DNA of 64,000 nucleotides from an uncultured Gammaproteobacteria bacterium (GTDB lineage: Bacteria > Patescibacteriota > Patescibacteriia > 2-12-FULL-57-11). Positions within the stretch are counted from its first letter, which is position 1. Each line of letters begins with the position of its first letter. Both the position numbers and the translations under genes were made by a program. The notes beneath the pieces are model-generated. The model had not been told where the DNA came from and ran no database searches. It saw only the letters and a list, made by a program, of their open reading frames with translations. Of the stretch, positions 16,582 through 29,100 are shown in pieces. The stretch lies in contig CAZYLV010000001.1 of assembly GCA_964648865.1 (NCBI GenBank), positions 84,509 through 148,508 of the forward strand. The letters run 5' to 3'.

Positions 16582-19251
16582 TCACCGCAGGTTGAGGATG
16601 AAGACACAGGATGCGGTCGGCTCCGGCGAGTCGACCGTACAGACCACGGACATCGGGACTCCGTCCACGAGTACCTCGGGGACGACGCCGCGACGAAGTC
16701 TGCAGCCCGTTGCCGCAGTCCCCTCGCACTCGAAGTCCACACCAGTGCTCCGGGGATAGATTCCCTGGACGCGGTAGAGGTCGCGACGGACGCCGGTGAA
16801 CACGGTCCATGCGCAACTCTCGTGCGGAGGATAGGGATAGAGACTCCACCCGCTCCGGTCCGGCAGGTCCGTCTCGAGGAAGGCGGAAGCGCCCGGACAC
16901 CAGCGGACCTCGACGCGCATGCCGCCGCTGTCCGCATCTCGTCCGGGATCGATGCCACCATCCCGTGTACCGGTATCGGGAGGTCCTGCATCCCTCCCGC
17001 CGGCATCCGTTCCTGCATCAGGTGTTCCCGCATCGATGGACAGGGGCGCACAGACACCCTCGTCCACTAACCCGTCGCAGTCGTCATCGAGCCCGTTGCA
17101 TGACTCGGGGCCCGCGATGGCGCGCTCGGGATCGGTCGGCGCGCAGTCGCCGATGTCGGTGATGCCGTCGCCGTCGGTGTCCCGAAGCTGACAGCCGTAT
17201 GCCGCGGAGCAGGAATGCAGCGCGTCGCAGCGGCTGTCGTCGGGGGTATGCACGCACGAGGTCCCCACGCACCGGTCGGCGGTGCAGGCGACGTCGTAGG
17301 TGCAGTGTTCGTCCAGAGTGCAGTACCCATGAGGCATGCATCCGGACGTCGGGTGGCAGTACTGCCCCGAGGGGCAGCGCTCGTCGAGCGGACGATGTTG
17401 GCAGCGATGGCTCGCATCGCACCAGTCATGGATGCAATCATCCCTGTCGCCGCACTGAGCGTCTGCGGTGCAGCCGCCCGCGATGCATGCCCCGGAGACG
17501 CAGTGCGCGTCACCGGAACAGGCGTTGCCGCAGCGCCCGCAGTTGAGATCGTCCGACGCCAGGTCGAACGGCTCATCCACGAGCAGGTCGCAGTCGTTGT
17601 CGCGGCCGTCGCAGCGCTCCGCGGCGTCCGGCCAGCTGGCCGGATCCGCGTCGTCGCAGTCCCGTCCGCCGCAGGATGTGGAGAGGTACCCGTCGCCGTC
17701 GGCGTCCGGACAGTCGCCGCCACCACCACCGATATCCGGATCGACTTCGTCAGGATAGCTGCTCAAACCATCCACGCAATCCGCAGTGCTGACCGTCGTC
17801 ACCGGATGCGGGCCGCCAATCGGACAGACACGCAGCGAATCGACGTCAAGCGACCCACCGAACCCCCTAGCCAACACGCTCGTGGAACCGTCAGAGATCA
17901 TGATCACATCAGAGGAATCCCCCTCGAGATCAAAGCCCATCTGACGCGCCACCTCCGCGTCCAGAGTGTAGGCGATACCGCCGTTCGTGATGAGCGTGAA
18001 GTCCGACTGACCGTGTTCACGGACAAGCACGCCATCACGCAGATAGAGCTGCCCGCGCACAGGATACTCGCACCCGACGTACTCCGAGAGCACTTCGAGA
18101 TGCGAAAACCCGTAAGATCGCAGGAGCGCATGATAGGCGTGTTGGGACGACTCGAACGGAATCCGGTAACGCGAGAATTCCCCACGATCATCGATCGTAA
18201 GGAAAGTCTCAGTCACCATGCCCCAGCCAAGACGTCGATTGCAGGTCGTTACCCGCATCGTCACAGGAAGATCGATGACCGACCCATGGGCAACGCAAGA
18301 TACATCCTCCACGGGAAGGACGCGACCGAAAGGATCTCCGGGTTCAAGGTAGAGCCGACGTGAGCGCAGGTCATCCTCGGTTTCGAGCCATCGGAGCCGG
18401 CCGTCATCATCACGCAGGTAGACGCGACTGTCCACGATTGTTTCGGACCTACTGTCATCAGGAAGCTTGACGAGGATGCCGACCGGCGGATTCAGGAACG
18501 CCAAACGATGAATCACCTCGCGGGGCTCACCAAAGTCGAGCAAGCGGGAGGATCCTTCGCCAGGCCGGTTGTCGTAACCACGGAGGTAATATCCACCGTC
18601 GACTCTCCGAGCTTGTGCTTCCGACATGAGCCGGATGCCCAGATGCAAGTGGGGCAGGCCGTCCCCATTGTGGTCATCGGGGTCGGCGTAGTACGGCTCG
18701 GGACACATCGAGTCGTTGACGTACCCGATAATGTCCTGCTCCGTGACCCAATCGCCGACGCGCCAGGGGAGTTCGGGGCCATCGCGCTCACGCGACTTCC
18801 TCAGGTGTCCGTAGACCGAGAGGATGTAGCGGGTACGAACCATCCTGGTCATGGTGCCTGCACCGGCGAGGAACTCGAACTCGCGTCCTAGATCATGTTC
18901 GATGCCCACATAGAGTTCGCCATAACCGGTTCCAAGCGTGCCCTGTGCACGATAGTGCACAATCCTCCCCGGACCGATGGGACGCACCGGGGTTCCGACC
19001 GGAAGAGCGATATCCTCTCCGAGGTGGTTCCCGTCCCGATAGAAGTACCGACGCAGGTGACTGCCCGGAATATACAGCGACGGGTGTACGGGGTAACGGG
19101 CGAAGTACATAATCCTCGGTCCACGTTCAGTCACCGATCCTGAGAGCGTACTGGACGCCTCGTCATCGAGACTTCCGATACACCCAGGGATGCTCGTTGG
19201 CAGAATGAGGACGGGCAGCACGAAGCACAGAGCCTCACGAATATGACACAT
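16582..19251 (-). CDS. exported M23 peptidase with MopE-like and Cys-rich repeats (paralog of 5002-6921)
   Basis: HLGEDI, YGHL, PHLHLGI motifs; DADGDGY..DCDD..ERCDGRDNDCD, NCGRCGNAC and CNGLDDDCDGLVDE repeats; AAGGAG RBS. Confidence 0.85.
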   Translation of the reverse strand: MCHIREALCFVLPVLILPTSIPGCIGSLDDEASSTLSGSVTERGPRIMYFARYPVHPSLYIPGSHLRRYFYRDGNHLGEDIALPVGTPVRPIGPGRIVHYRAQGTLGTGYGELYVGIEHDLGREFEFLAGAGTMTRMVRTRYILSVYGHLRKSRERDGPELPWRVGDWVTEQDIIGYVNDSMCPEPYYADPDDHNGDGLPHLHLGIRLMSEAQARRVDGGYYLRGYDNRPGEGSSRLLDFGEPREVIHRLAFLNPPVGILVKLPDDSRSETIVDSRVYLRDDDGRLRWLETEDDLRSRRLYLEPGDPFGRVLPVEDVSCVAHGSVIDLPVTMRVTTCNRRLGWGMVTETFLTIDDRGEFSRYRIPFESSQHAYHALLRSYGFSHLEVLSEYVGCEYPVRGQLYLRDGVLVREHGQSDFTLITNGGIAYTLDAEVARQMGFDLEGDSSDVIMISDGSTSVLARGFGGSLDVDSLRVCPIGGPHPVTTVSTADCVDGLSSYPDEVDPDIGGGGGDCPDADGDGYLSTSCGGRDCDDADPASWPDAAERCDGRDNDCDLLVDEPFDLASDDLNCGRCGNACSGDAHCVSGACIAGGCTADAQCGDRDDCIHDWCDASHRCQHRPLDERCPSGQYCHPTSGCMPHGYCTLDEHCTYDVACTADRCVGTSCVHTPDDSRCDALHSCSAAYGCQLRDTDGDGITDIGDCAPTDPERAIAGPESCNGLDDDCDGLVDEGVCAPLSIDAGTPDAGTDAGGRDAGPPDTGTRDGGIDPGRDADSGGMRVEVRWCPGASAFLETDLPDRSGWSLYPYPPHESCAWTVFTGVRRDLYRVQGIYPRSTGVDFECEGTAATGCRLRRGVVPEVLVDGVPMSVVCTVDSPEPTASCVFILNLR

Positions 19252-19369
19252 GGATACTTCTCCTTGTTGTCAAGGTACTCCTTGACGATTCGATATCACG
19301 AAGGGAAGAAGGGATCCTTACCTCCCCTCGTAAGTCGAATCGTCTCCACTTCCAAAAAAACCGATTTCC

Positions 19370-20044
19370 CTATCGCTGAGCGATCGTCTGGGCCACGAGA
19401 TCCGTGTCTTTGGTCAACTGCTCGATGGTATCGATGGCTTCACCCACTCCAGCGATTTCCAAGTCGTACTCGGCAAAATTCAGCCAGATCCTAACGACCT
19501 TGTCCCCAACGGTCACATGAACCACACGAAGCAACCTGATCACCTTCACTTCATCTGCATCCCTGACTGCGGCAAGGACGTCGAAAAACTTTCCATCCGC
19601 GACGCCATCGATGTATGTCTCCTCCCCATCTTTCGTGAATCGAACGGTGTACTCGATTTCCTCTAGAGCCTGGCGCCCACCGATTGTCGTCAGGCGACGG
19701 AATGGACGTAGCGCACCTTCCTCAATATCGTTGGCGCGAAGCCTGTCTTGATACAATTCCCATCCAAAAAAGTTCTCACCGTCGTCAAAGTAATCGATGG
19801 TCATCGTGGCCGGAATCGTCGCGTCGGAATCAGTGATGTAGTACTGCTTCCTGCCAGCGTCATGCGCGACGGTAAAGCCTGCTGGATACTCGAAAACCAA
19901 GTCACCCTGATCAAACGAGAGCTCGGCTCCCTGATCTTTGGCGTTGGAATTCGTGCCGGGCGACTGGATCAGTCGGAACACGGAGCACCCCGTCCCGAGA
20001 AGAACGAGAGCCGCGACGAAAGCGATGGGACGGAGATAGCGCAT
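19370..20044 (-). CDS. lipoprotein of unknown function
   Basis: MRYLRPIAFVAALVLLGTGC lipobox; TATCCT-N8-ATG; visibly lower GC. Confidence 0.8.
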   Translation of the reverse strand: MRYLRPIAFVAALVLLGTGCSVFRLIQSPGTNSNAKDQGAELSFDQGDLVFEYPAGFTVAHDAGRKQYYITDSDATIPATMTIDYFDDGENFFGWELYQDRLRANDIEEGALRPFRRLTTIGGRQALEEIEYTVRFTKDGEETYIDGVADGKFFDVLAAVRDADEVKVIRLLRVVHVTVGDKVVRIWLNFAEYDLEIAGVGEAIDTIEQLTKDTDLVAQTIAQR

Positions 20045-20145
20045 ACGCCTACAGGATAGGCCTAAGGAAGCTGCGTACCAAGGCCTCCATTCCTTGTCAA
20101 GCCCCCTTGAAAACAGAAACCCGGGCCATGCCCGGGTTTCTCGTC

Positions 20146-23100
20146 CTACTCGTGCGGGTACACGATGATGTCCCCGGCGTATTCCGTGAATGGCGTATTG
20201 ACTCTGATGTTGCCGGGGGTTAGTGCGCACTCGTTCGTCGTCACTCCACCAGAAGTGAGCGTCGAATTTGTAAGCGCGTTGTAGCAGCTGCTGGCTGCAG
20301 TTCCACCCGGAGCGTCGCACGTCCCGTTGCAGAAGCCCCAGTTGTCCTGCACCTGGACGCGGGGACGATAGACGCAGGCCTCGCGGCCGTCCGGCTGCAC
20401 GCGCACGCAATTGTTGGTGCCGTCCCAGCAGCGGGCCGTGGGGTCGCTGGAGCAGATGTAGGCGTGGTTGTAGGCGAAGGGGGCGGTGCTGTCGCAGGCG
20501 TCCGAGGACGTGCCGAAGGTCGTGCCGTCGCAGCGGGACTGCAGCTCGCGTGCCTCGGTGCCGTCGGGACGTGTCGTGACACGGTACTCGTACCCGCGGC
20601 GGTTCTTGTAGCTGGAGTTGGGGTTGTTGCCCGAGGGATTGGTGCCGTCGCCCCAGTCCACGATGACGTTGCGGATGGGCATCTGATCGTTCTGGGCGTA
20701 GGCGAAGAAGCGGACCGAGACCTGCTTGAAGCCGTTGCCGCCCACGATGTCGCCCACCGACTGTCCGTTGACCGTGATGCGGTCCGTGGCGCCCTCGAAG
20801 CACTGGTTGCTGGTGTTGCAGCCTTCCACGGCGAGCACCACCGGCGGTTGGCCGACGATGTGCGACTCGTCGTAGACGAGCGACGCGGGATCGTAGTCCA
20901 CCTCGGCCGGCAGCGGCACGCCCGGCGCGAAGACGCGGTAGTCGGCGTTGACGTTGCTGTTGACGTCGGTGCGGTGATAGAGGAAGAGGCTCTGCGTGGC
21001 GGCGAAGAGCTGCCGGAGCCGCTCGAGCACGTACTCGAGGTTCGGCAGGCCTGTGCCGGCGGCGTCCGCGCCGTAGCTGCGGCAGGTGACCCCATCGACG
21101 TCGCAGACGCGGCCGGTACCGGTGCCGCTATTCTGGCAGATGCCCGCGGTCGGCCGCTCCGGATCGGTCGGCACGCAGCGCAGGTGCGCGCAATCGCTTT
21201 CGAAGACACAGGCGCGCGAACCGATGCTGCTGTCGGCGTTGACGCAGGTGCCGACGATCTCGCGGTCGTGCGGGTCGCTGCGGCGGCGCACGCCGTCAAT
21301 CGGCCAGCGGCTGTCACAGGCGCGCGGGCTGGTGGCCCAGGTGTCCACGCCGACCGGGCCCGGATCGACCGGCGTCGTGCAGAAGCCGGCGTTCAGGTCC
21401 ACGTTGAACTCGCAGGTGCCCAGGCCCAACCCCGGGCAGGGATCGGTACCGCCTGAGGGGACGGTGCAGCGCTGCAGGCAGGCGCGCACGCGGCCGCTGC
21501 CTTGGTCGCACTGGGGCTGGGACGCTCCGGGCGCGGCCGAGCAGGCCACGTCGCCGTCCTCGCCCACGGGGCAGGTGATCCCGGTGCCGCCCGCGGTGAT
21601 GGTGGCGTAGGGACGCGATTCGGCGTTGGAGACCTCCGTGGCACCGGCCGGGCAGGTGCCGCCCACGGTCGGCAGGTTATAGGCGCGTGTGCCGTCGACA
21701 CGGCAGGTGAGATGCTCGACCGGGCTGTAGTCGACGTTGGCAGCGGTCTGCTCGTCGATATTGGCCGTCACGGCGCGGCCGTAGGGCTGCAGCGCGTCCG
21801 GCGTCTGGGCCCAGGTGTAGCGCAACTCCGGCGTCTCCGTCCTGATGCCGATGGGGTCGGTGATGGTGTAACCCGCGCCAGGGGGCGTTGTGCGGCCGTT
21901 GCCCAGCCGCCCGGTGTAGACCTTGTTGAGCACCGGCGAACCGACGGTCGCCACGGTCACCGCGGCCTCGCAACCGAGGAACGGCGTGCCCGGGGAGTTG
22001 GGGCCGTCCGGGATGGGCGTGTCGAGGGCCACGCAGTCGGCGTAGTGTCCGAGCGCGCTGTCCGGCTCGATGCCGGTCGCGGTGATGGTCACGTCATCAT
22101 CCGGATAATCGAGCCCGGCGCTCTGCTTGAGCGTCTTCCCCTCAAGGAGCCAGACCTCGGCGTAGCTGGCCGGTGCCTGGATATAGGTCGGGATCTGCGC
22201 GGGCGTCACATAGCCGATGCCGTCTTCATCGCAGTGACTGGTGGTCGCCTGGTTGTACCGCTGCATCGGGAGACCCTGTTCGCGTGGCGGTTCGCAGGGC
22301 CGCTTGAGCGGGTCGGCCATGTGGCGCGAGTTGCGGGGCACGCAGATGTAGTGGTTGCCGGACTCGTATGTGGTGCGGCGGCCGGGGCAGTCCTCGACGC
22401 CGGCCGCATCGTGGGAGCTAGAAGGAACCCCGGCCATGACCACGAAGGCCTCGTCCGCCGGGCAGTCGCGCTCCGGGTTGCCCTGTTCGTCGTCGATGAG
22501 GATCTTGGGCTCAACACAGCCGCCCGACCCCGCCCTGCAGTAGGGCGTGCATTCGGGGATGACGTCCGAAAGGGTGTTCTCCGCGCAACCCATCACCACC
22601 GTGTAAGGATCGCCGCCTACCATGATGCTGTGGCTCGTGGTGTTGAACCGGGCGTAGGGTGCGATGCGCTTGTAGGCATCCGGCACGGCGCAATAGGCGG
22701 CGCCGGAGACGTTGAACCCGGCGTTGGGGTAATTGTTGTAGACGTCGACGTTGCCGGAGAGCCGGTCGACCGGCAGCCAGGTGATGCAGGCGCGGCCCGG
22801 CTGCTCGTAGCTGTGGTCCTGCAGCCCGTTGATGGAGAAACCGAGGTCGCGCTCCAGGCAGTAGCCCTCGATGCCCTGGACGGTGTTGACCCGGGAGATG
22901 GCGTTGCAGGTGCCGCCGGTGCCGCAGCTGGTGGCCGCGGACGGATCGCAATCCTGCTTGTCGCGCGGGCCGCCTTGGCAGAGGCCCGACGGAGGTGTCA
23001 CTTCGCTCACCGCGCTGCGGTAGATGGTGCCTTGTCCGCCCGTGTACTCGATCTTCTCGTAGGTGCACTCGCAATCCTGGCCGCGCTCGCAGAGCGTGGC

Positions 23101-26100
23101 GCGGTTGAAGCTCGGCGAGACGGTCTTCGGCAGGGAGCGGAGGAAGTCCGGCGTCGAGGTGGCCTTCCACTCGCGCACCACGGAATTGGGGAACGGCGCG
23201 TTGCGCTCCGGATAGGTGCGGCAGCTCGGCGCCTCGGTGTTCTGCTCGATCCCGAACGGGGTGAGCGGCAGCGGCTCGTCGCGCAGGACGGTGGCGGTCT
23301 CGACCGGCGAGCCGTACGGCGACTGGGCGCAGAACCCGCTCCAGCAGCGGCCGGTGCCGCGCGCCGGGAAGTCCGCGTTGTCGCAGGCGTCGCCGTCGAC
23401 GGCGGTCGCGTCGCATGCGCCGATGACCCGCGCCAGACGGAAGGTCGGCACCTGGTTGCAGAGCCCGACGCCGGCGCAGTCGGCGTCGCTCTCGCAGGCC
23501 CGCGTGGCGTCGTCCGTGCAGAAGCGGCCCACGGGGATCTGCCGCAGCGACTCGACGTCGTACATGTGCGGCACGGAGTAGCCGGAGTAATCGAGCGCGC
23601 CGTAGCCGGTCTCGCGCGACGCATAAGTCTCCGCGGTGAGGATGGTGGGTTCGCGGCTGACCCACCGGGTGCAGACGGAGGTGTCCCCCGACTTCTGGTA
23701 CTCGGCGCAGCGGCCGATGGCGTCGCAGATCTCGATGAAGCGGTTGCGGCTGGGGTCCCAGACCGGCGTCGAGCTCTGGCAGGCGAGCCACTCGCCGCAG
23801 ACACGGTCGCGGGTGACCTTCATGACCACGTTGGCGTCGTCCTGCGCCGGGGCGTAGAGCGCCTGGAAGTCCCCGAGGCTGACCTCCCGGCCGCGCCCGT
23901 CCAGGAAGCGGTCGGAGCACGTGCCGCCGCCGGCGAAGCGCGGTTCGCTGGGGCTGCCGTCCGCCGCCGGCAGCACGCAGGTGCCGGTCTCCCCCGCCTC
24001 GGCGTCCAAGCAATGTTCCGTGACGCTGCACGAGCCGCCCCAGCGGGCGCTGGTGCAGGTCGTGCCGCTGATGGTCGAACGGTAGAGGCACTGGCCGCAG
24101 CCGGCCGGCCCGCAGGTGACGGGCGCCGACGCGCCGCCGCGGACTTCCGCCGCCAGGTTGGAGACGTCGGCGCTCGAGCTCAGCACCGGGCTGCTGGTGT
24201 CGTTGAACAGCACGCAGCCGTCGAGCGGGTTGACCTGGTCGCGGCAGGTGGCCAGGTCGATCTTCTGGTTCTTGAGGTACGTGTAGGGGCGGCCGAGGGG
24301 CGCGGTGATGTCCTTGTCCGTGGGGTCGAGGAACTCCGTGCAGCTCGAGAACTGCGCGGGGCAGAGCCCGGCGAATCCGGCGTAGTCGACGTCGCCGTTG
24401 CGCCAGATGCCGTACGTCGCGCCGGAGATGACGTAGCTCCCGTCGCAGGGGATGTCCGTCCCCTTGCGGAACCAGCCGTCGTACTCGCGCGTCCCCACGC
24501 GCACCGTCTTGCGGTACTCGCAGGTACGGTCTTCCGGATCCTTGAAGTAGGCCTTGCCGGTGGTGATGCCGACCTCGGTCCATTCCTGGCAGCCCACGGC
24601 CTCGATGGTGCAGAGCGACTCGCCGTAGGTCTGCGGGTTGTTGAGCACCGGGACGTCGGCGTACGCCACGGCGGTGCCGGCCGGGTAGGGCTCGCGCCAC
24701 GGCAGCGGGGCGCGGCAGGCCGTCTCTCCCGCGGCGACGCGGCAGATGAGCTCGCCACCGACCGTGCAGTCGCAGGTGGTCGCGCCCGCGCCCGGCGTGC
24801 AGGCGTCCGGCGCGCTGTCGGCGTCGGCGCCGTCGGGCATGGTGCAGGTGCGGCCCGCCGGGTTGCCGGCCAAGGTGCAGCCGGCCTCGCCTTGGTCGCA
24901 CTCGTGCTCGCCGTCGTCGACGACGTAGACCGTGCGGTCGGCAGGCACGACCACGAGGTCCTGCGGCCGGCCGACGCACGTGCCGGGCGCGCCCAAGCGC
25001 ACCGGGACGCCGGTGCCGTCGACGATGGTCACCCCGTCCACCTGGCAGGTGCCGGCCGCGGCCATGGCAAAGGAGACGGCCAGCGGGACGTCGTCGGCGA
25101 CGTAGCGGCAGGAACGGCGGTTGACGCCGACCGTGCAGACCTCACGGCCGTCGACCGTGCAGGGCGTCGGCGCGGCGGCCGGAGCGGCCAGCACGCAGAG
25201 CGCGTTCCAGGACTCACGGCCCGGCGAGAGCGACTGCTGGGTCTGGACGAAGGCCGTGCAGCCCACCGCCTTCTCGCGGCACAGCGAGCTGAAGCCGGTC
25301 AGGTATTCCGTGCGCTCGGCCTTCTCGGCGCGGTACTCGGTGCAGCCGAGCTGGGCCTGCGGCAGGAAGGCGCCGGCGGCGTTCTGGTCGCAGACCGCGG
25401 GGATGGTCCAGCTGTCCTTGACGAGCGCGATGTTGGAGGCCACGCGGGTCAGCTCCACCCGGTCGATGAATGAGGTGTCCGTGAAGCCGGTGAAGACGAG
25501 CCGCTCGTCGGCAGCGGGCACCCAGTCCACCAGGACCGGCCCGAAGCTGTAGCGGTTCCAGGTGGCGCCGAGCGTCGCCCCGGCCGTGAAGGCCTGCTCC
25601 GGCCGCGCACCGGAGAAGCGCACGCCGACGGTGCCGCGGCCCTTTGCCCAGAACGTGAGGTAGTAGGTGTCGCCCTGGACGATGCGCGGATCCGCGACGA
25701 CGCCGCGCGTGAGCTCGGTGCCGGCGTCGACGCGCAGCGAGTGGCCGCCGACGGCGGTCGACTCGGTGGAGACGGCCGTCGCGGCGTCCGGCTGCCAGCC
25801 GTCGCGGCTGCCGCCCTCGAAGTCCCAGGAGGCCAGGCGGCGGACGTTGGCGCCGGCGTTGCCGGTGTAGAGCCGGCAGCCGGCCTCCGGCGCGCCGCAG
25901 GAGCGCGACTCGGGCGCGTAGGCGTTGAAGGTGCAGCCGAGGTCCGAGACGCTCGTCGAATTCCAGGTGCCGCCGATGCCTTCGCAGACGTTGCAGCGGC
26001 CGTCGACGAAGCGTCCGCCGCCGGCGCTGCAGGACGCGGCGTCGGTCGCGGCCGGATCCGTCGGCAGCTCCGTCATGCGCAGCGGCCGGCACTCCTCGGT

Positions 26101-29100
26101 GATGACGATGGTCCGCGAGTAGAGCCGGTAGGAGACGTTACCGGCGATGTCGAAGAACTCGCGGCAGTCGGGATTGGTGCCTGCGAGGTAGATCTCGCGC
26201 GTGCAGCTGGCGAGGTCCGTGCCGCGGATGACCTCGGGCGGACGTGCGCCGCCCGGCCCCACGGCCGCGCCGGCCTTGAGCCGCCATTCCTTGAGCTGGA
26301 AGCCGGTCGTATCCGAACCCTCCCAGGTGTAGTAGACGGGCACGGTCTCCCCCACCGCGGGCTTCTCGCAGGTCCGCAGCTGGGCGTAGTACTCACGGGC
26401 CTCGCCGCCGGCCGCGGCCAGGTCGAGGTTGGTGAACTCCGTGCAGCCCGCCGAGGCCACCGAGCAGGTGTCCCCGCGCTGCGGGATGAGGTGCACCGGA
26501 TAGCGGGCGAAGGACAGCGTGCTAGCTTCTTCCTTATAGGTGGCGTAGCCCGCGCAGACCGCCGGGCAGCGGTTCTCGTCGGCGACGATGCCGGGAACGG
26601 GCGTGCCGCCGGTCGAGGGCGTGTAGGCGTCGCAGCCGACCTCGTCCTGGCGGCAGATGCCGGCGTAGTCCTCGCAGCCCGGCGGGTCGGTGTCGCCGCC
26701 GGTGCATCCCAGCCAGGCCGGCGGCAGCGTGAGGTAGTCGCGGCTCGTGGTGGCGTAGGCGGTCGCGCGGAAGCCGCTCTCGAAGCGGCCGTACTCGAGC
26801 TGCACGGCGTCCACCTGGGCGCCGCTCGAGGAGGTCAGGGAGACCTCGACGAAGGCCGCCGCGGCCGGCGCGGTGAAGCTGCAGGCGGCGCGGGAGAAGA
26901 CCACGTCCGAATCCGGCGTCGCGGCGAGCGCCATGCCGGCGCAGGAGGTGTCTGAGGCCGGCACGCTGAGCGCCGTCCCGGCGGCATCGGTCACGCGCAG
27001 CTGGGCGAAGGCCCCGCCGACCGCGGCGCCGGAGGCCCAGCGTGCGTGGTAGGAAAAGGCGTACGTCTCACCCGGGTCGATGCCGATGACCTGGAGGAAC
27101 GGTCCCGCGCCCGGCACGACCGCGGCCGAACCGTCCTGGGCGTCGAAGAGGTCGGTGACGTAGGCGGCGGGCGCGCCGACCCAGGCGTCCGGGCGCGTGG
27201 CCGTCTGCTCGCGGGACTCGAAACTCGGGTTGCGCACGAGGTTCGCCTCGAGCCCCTCGCGCCGGATGAGCTCGGTGCAGCCCGCGGCCTGCGCGTCGCA
27301 GGTACCCGCGTCGCGGTCGAGGAAGAGGCGGCCTTGATCGGCGCGCCAGTCGCCGGTGTCGCCCGCGGGATCCTGCGCGGTGGCGTACCAACGGCAGCCG
27401 GCGTTCTCCACGGAGCAGATCCCCCGGTCGACGGTCGTGGTCAGCACCGAGAGGCTCCTGCCGCCCTGGCCCGCGTAGGTCTGGCAGCCGGCGTACTGCG
27501 CCGGGCAGCTGTCCCCCTCGATGCGCCAGACGTTGCGCTCGCGGGTGCAGTAGCCGTAGCCCGTGCCGCAGGTGCCGTCCGGGTTCTCGGCGATGCAGGT
27601 GGGCGCGTCCACGCAGACCTCGGAGCGGATGTCCGAATCGGCGGTGAGCAGCGTCGGTCCGTAGACCCGCGCCCGGCACTGGGTGACGGGGTACTTGATG
27701 ATCCAGTCCGGGTCGATGAGCTTGCAGAACTCCCCGTTGGGCCCGTCGCAGTCGTTGAAGGCGGAGACGACGTCGCCGAGCGTCGTGTCGGGATCGGCCT
27801 TCTCCGCGGCCAGCTCGAATCCGATGGGGATGATGCGCGCCTTGCGGAGCTTGATGAGGTTGGAGTAGCAGTAGGCGTTGGTGAAGCAATAGGGATCGGC
27901 GTTGCGCGAGGCGCCCTCGCCGGTCGGCGGCACGAGCGGCCAGTCGGCATGGAGGTACCCTTGTTGGATGGCCTGGCGGACGGTCAGCGGCTCGCCCTGG
28001 AGCGCGACACGCACCCCGGCGGCGAAACTCGGATCCATGACGCAGTTGTTGGGGCCGCGCAGCGTGTCCGGGCAGACGGTGAATTCGGCGACGGCGTCGT
28101 AGGAGGCGACCTCGGAGACGCGCGGCGCCAGCAGCCCGGCGAAGGCGGCACGGGCCGCGGCGCGGCCGCCGCGCACCACGCTCTCGGCGTCCGAGAGGTC
28201 CGGCGGACAGTTGAGCCCGGAGAGCGCCTCGCGGGAGTCGGGCACCGCGTCGCGGAAGGCGCAGGCCAGGTCGTAGCCGGTGGTCTCGAAGAGGCCGCCC
28301 TCGAAGGCGCTCTGCAGCAGGGTCGACGCCAGGGTGTTGACGAAGGTGCCGAGCGCCACGGTCAGCACCTGGATGACGCCCTTCGAAAGCACCGGACCGA
28401 TGACGGAGGCCGTGGACTGCTGCTGCTGGCCGCTCTGGCGCGCGGTCTGCTCGAGCGCGGTCTCGCGGATCACGGCGGCCGGCGTCTTCTGGCGGCCGGT
28501 GACGATGTCGGTGACCGCCTTGAAGCCGTCGCCCTCCTCCCGCTCCAGCTTGCTGATGAGCTCCTGCGCGCTGACCTTCTCCTTGACCTTGAGCGGCGCC
28601 TGGAAGAGCGCCGACAGGCCGGTCTGTCCGGGACCCACGGAGACCTGGATGTTGCGCAGGATGGCGCCGGTCTCGAAGCTCGTCGTGAACTGGTCCCACG
28701 ACTGGGCGATGTCGCTCCACTCGCACTTCGGCTCCGGCGACTGGTACTGGGAAGCGATGCCCAGCTGGACGGCCAGGTTGATGCGCGGGGCGTCCGGTCC
28801 GGACGGTTCGCACAGGTTGAACCCCAGGAAGCCGATCTCCGAGAACGTGCCGATGGCCTCGCCGGCCGCGCCGAGCGCGACGTCCGAGAGGTAGGCGCCG
28901 AAGTCCTTATATTGGAAAAGCGTGCCCTGGCCCTTGCCGCCGGAGGCGATGTAGACGGCGGCGTCGTAGGCGATCTTCTGCGCGAAGTAGTTGATGGCGT
29001 TGATGAAGGCCATGGTCACGCCGCCGAGGAGCACCTTGTCCAGGAAGTCCTCGACGTTGTTGATGGTGGTGTTGGCGCCGGTCACCGGATCGGTGACGAC

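Noticed and set aside
14726-19344. Integron cassette array / attC sites
   Set aside because: The hairpins lack RYYYAAC...GTTRRRY ends, the genes have their own promoters, and no integrase is seen.
21502-25473. 1323-aa plus-strand ORF and other long antisense ORFs (e.g. 57834-61010, 4630-6906, 34978-37155)
   Set aside because: Shadow frames of GC-rich genes on the opposite strand, with no recognisable motifs.
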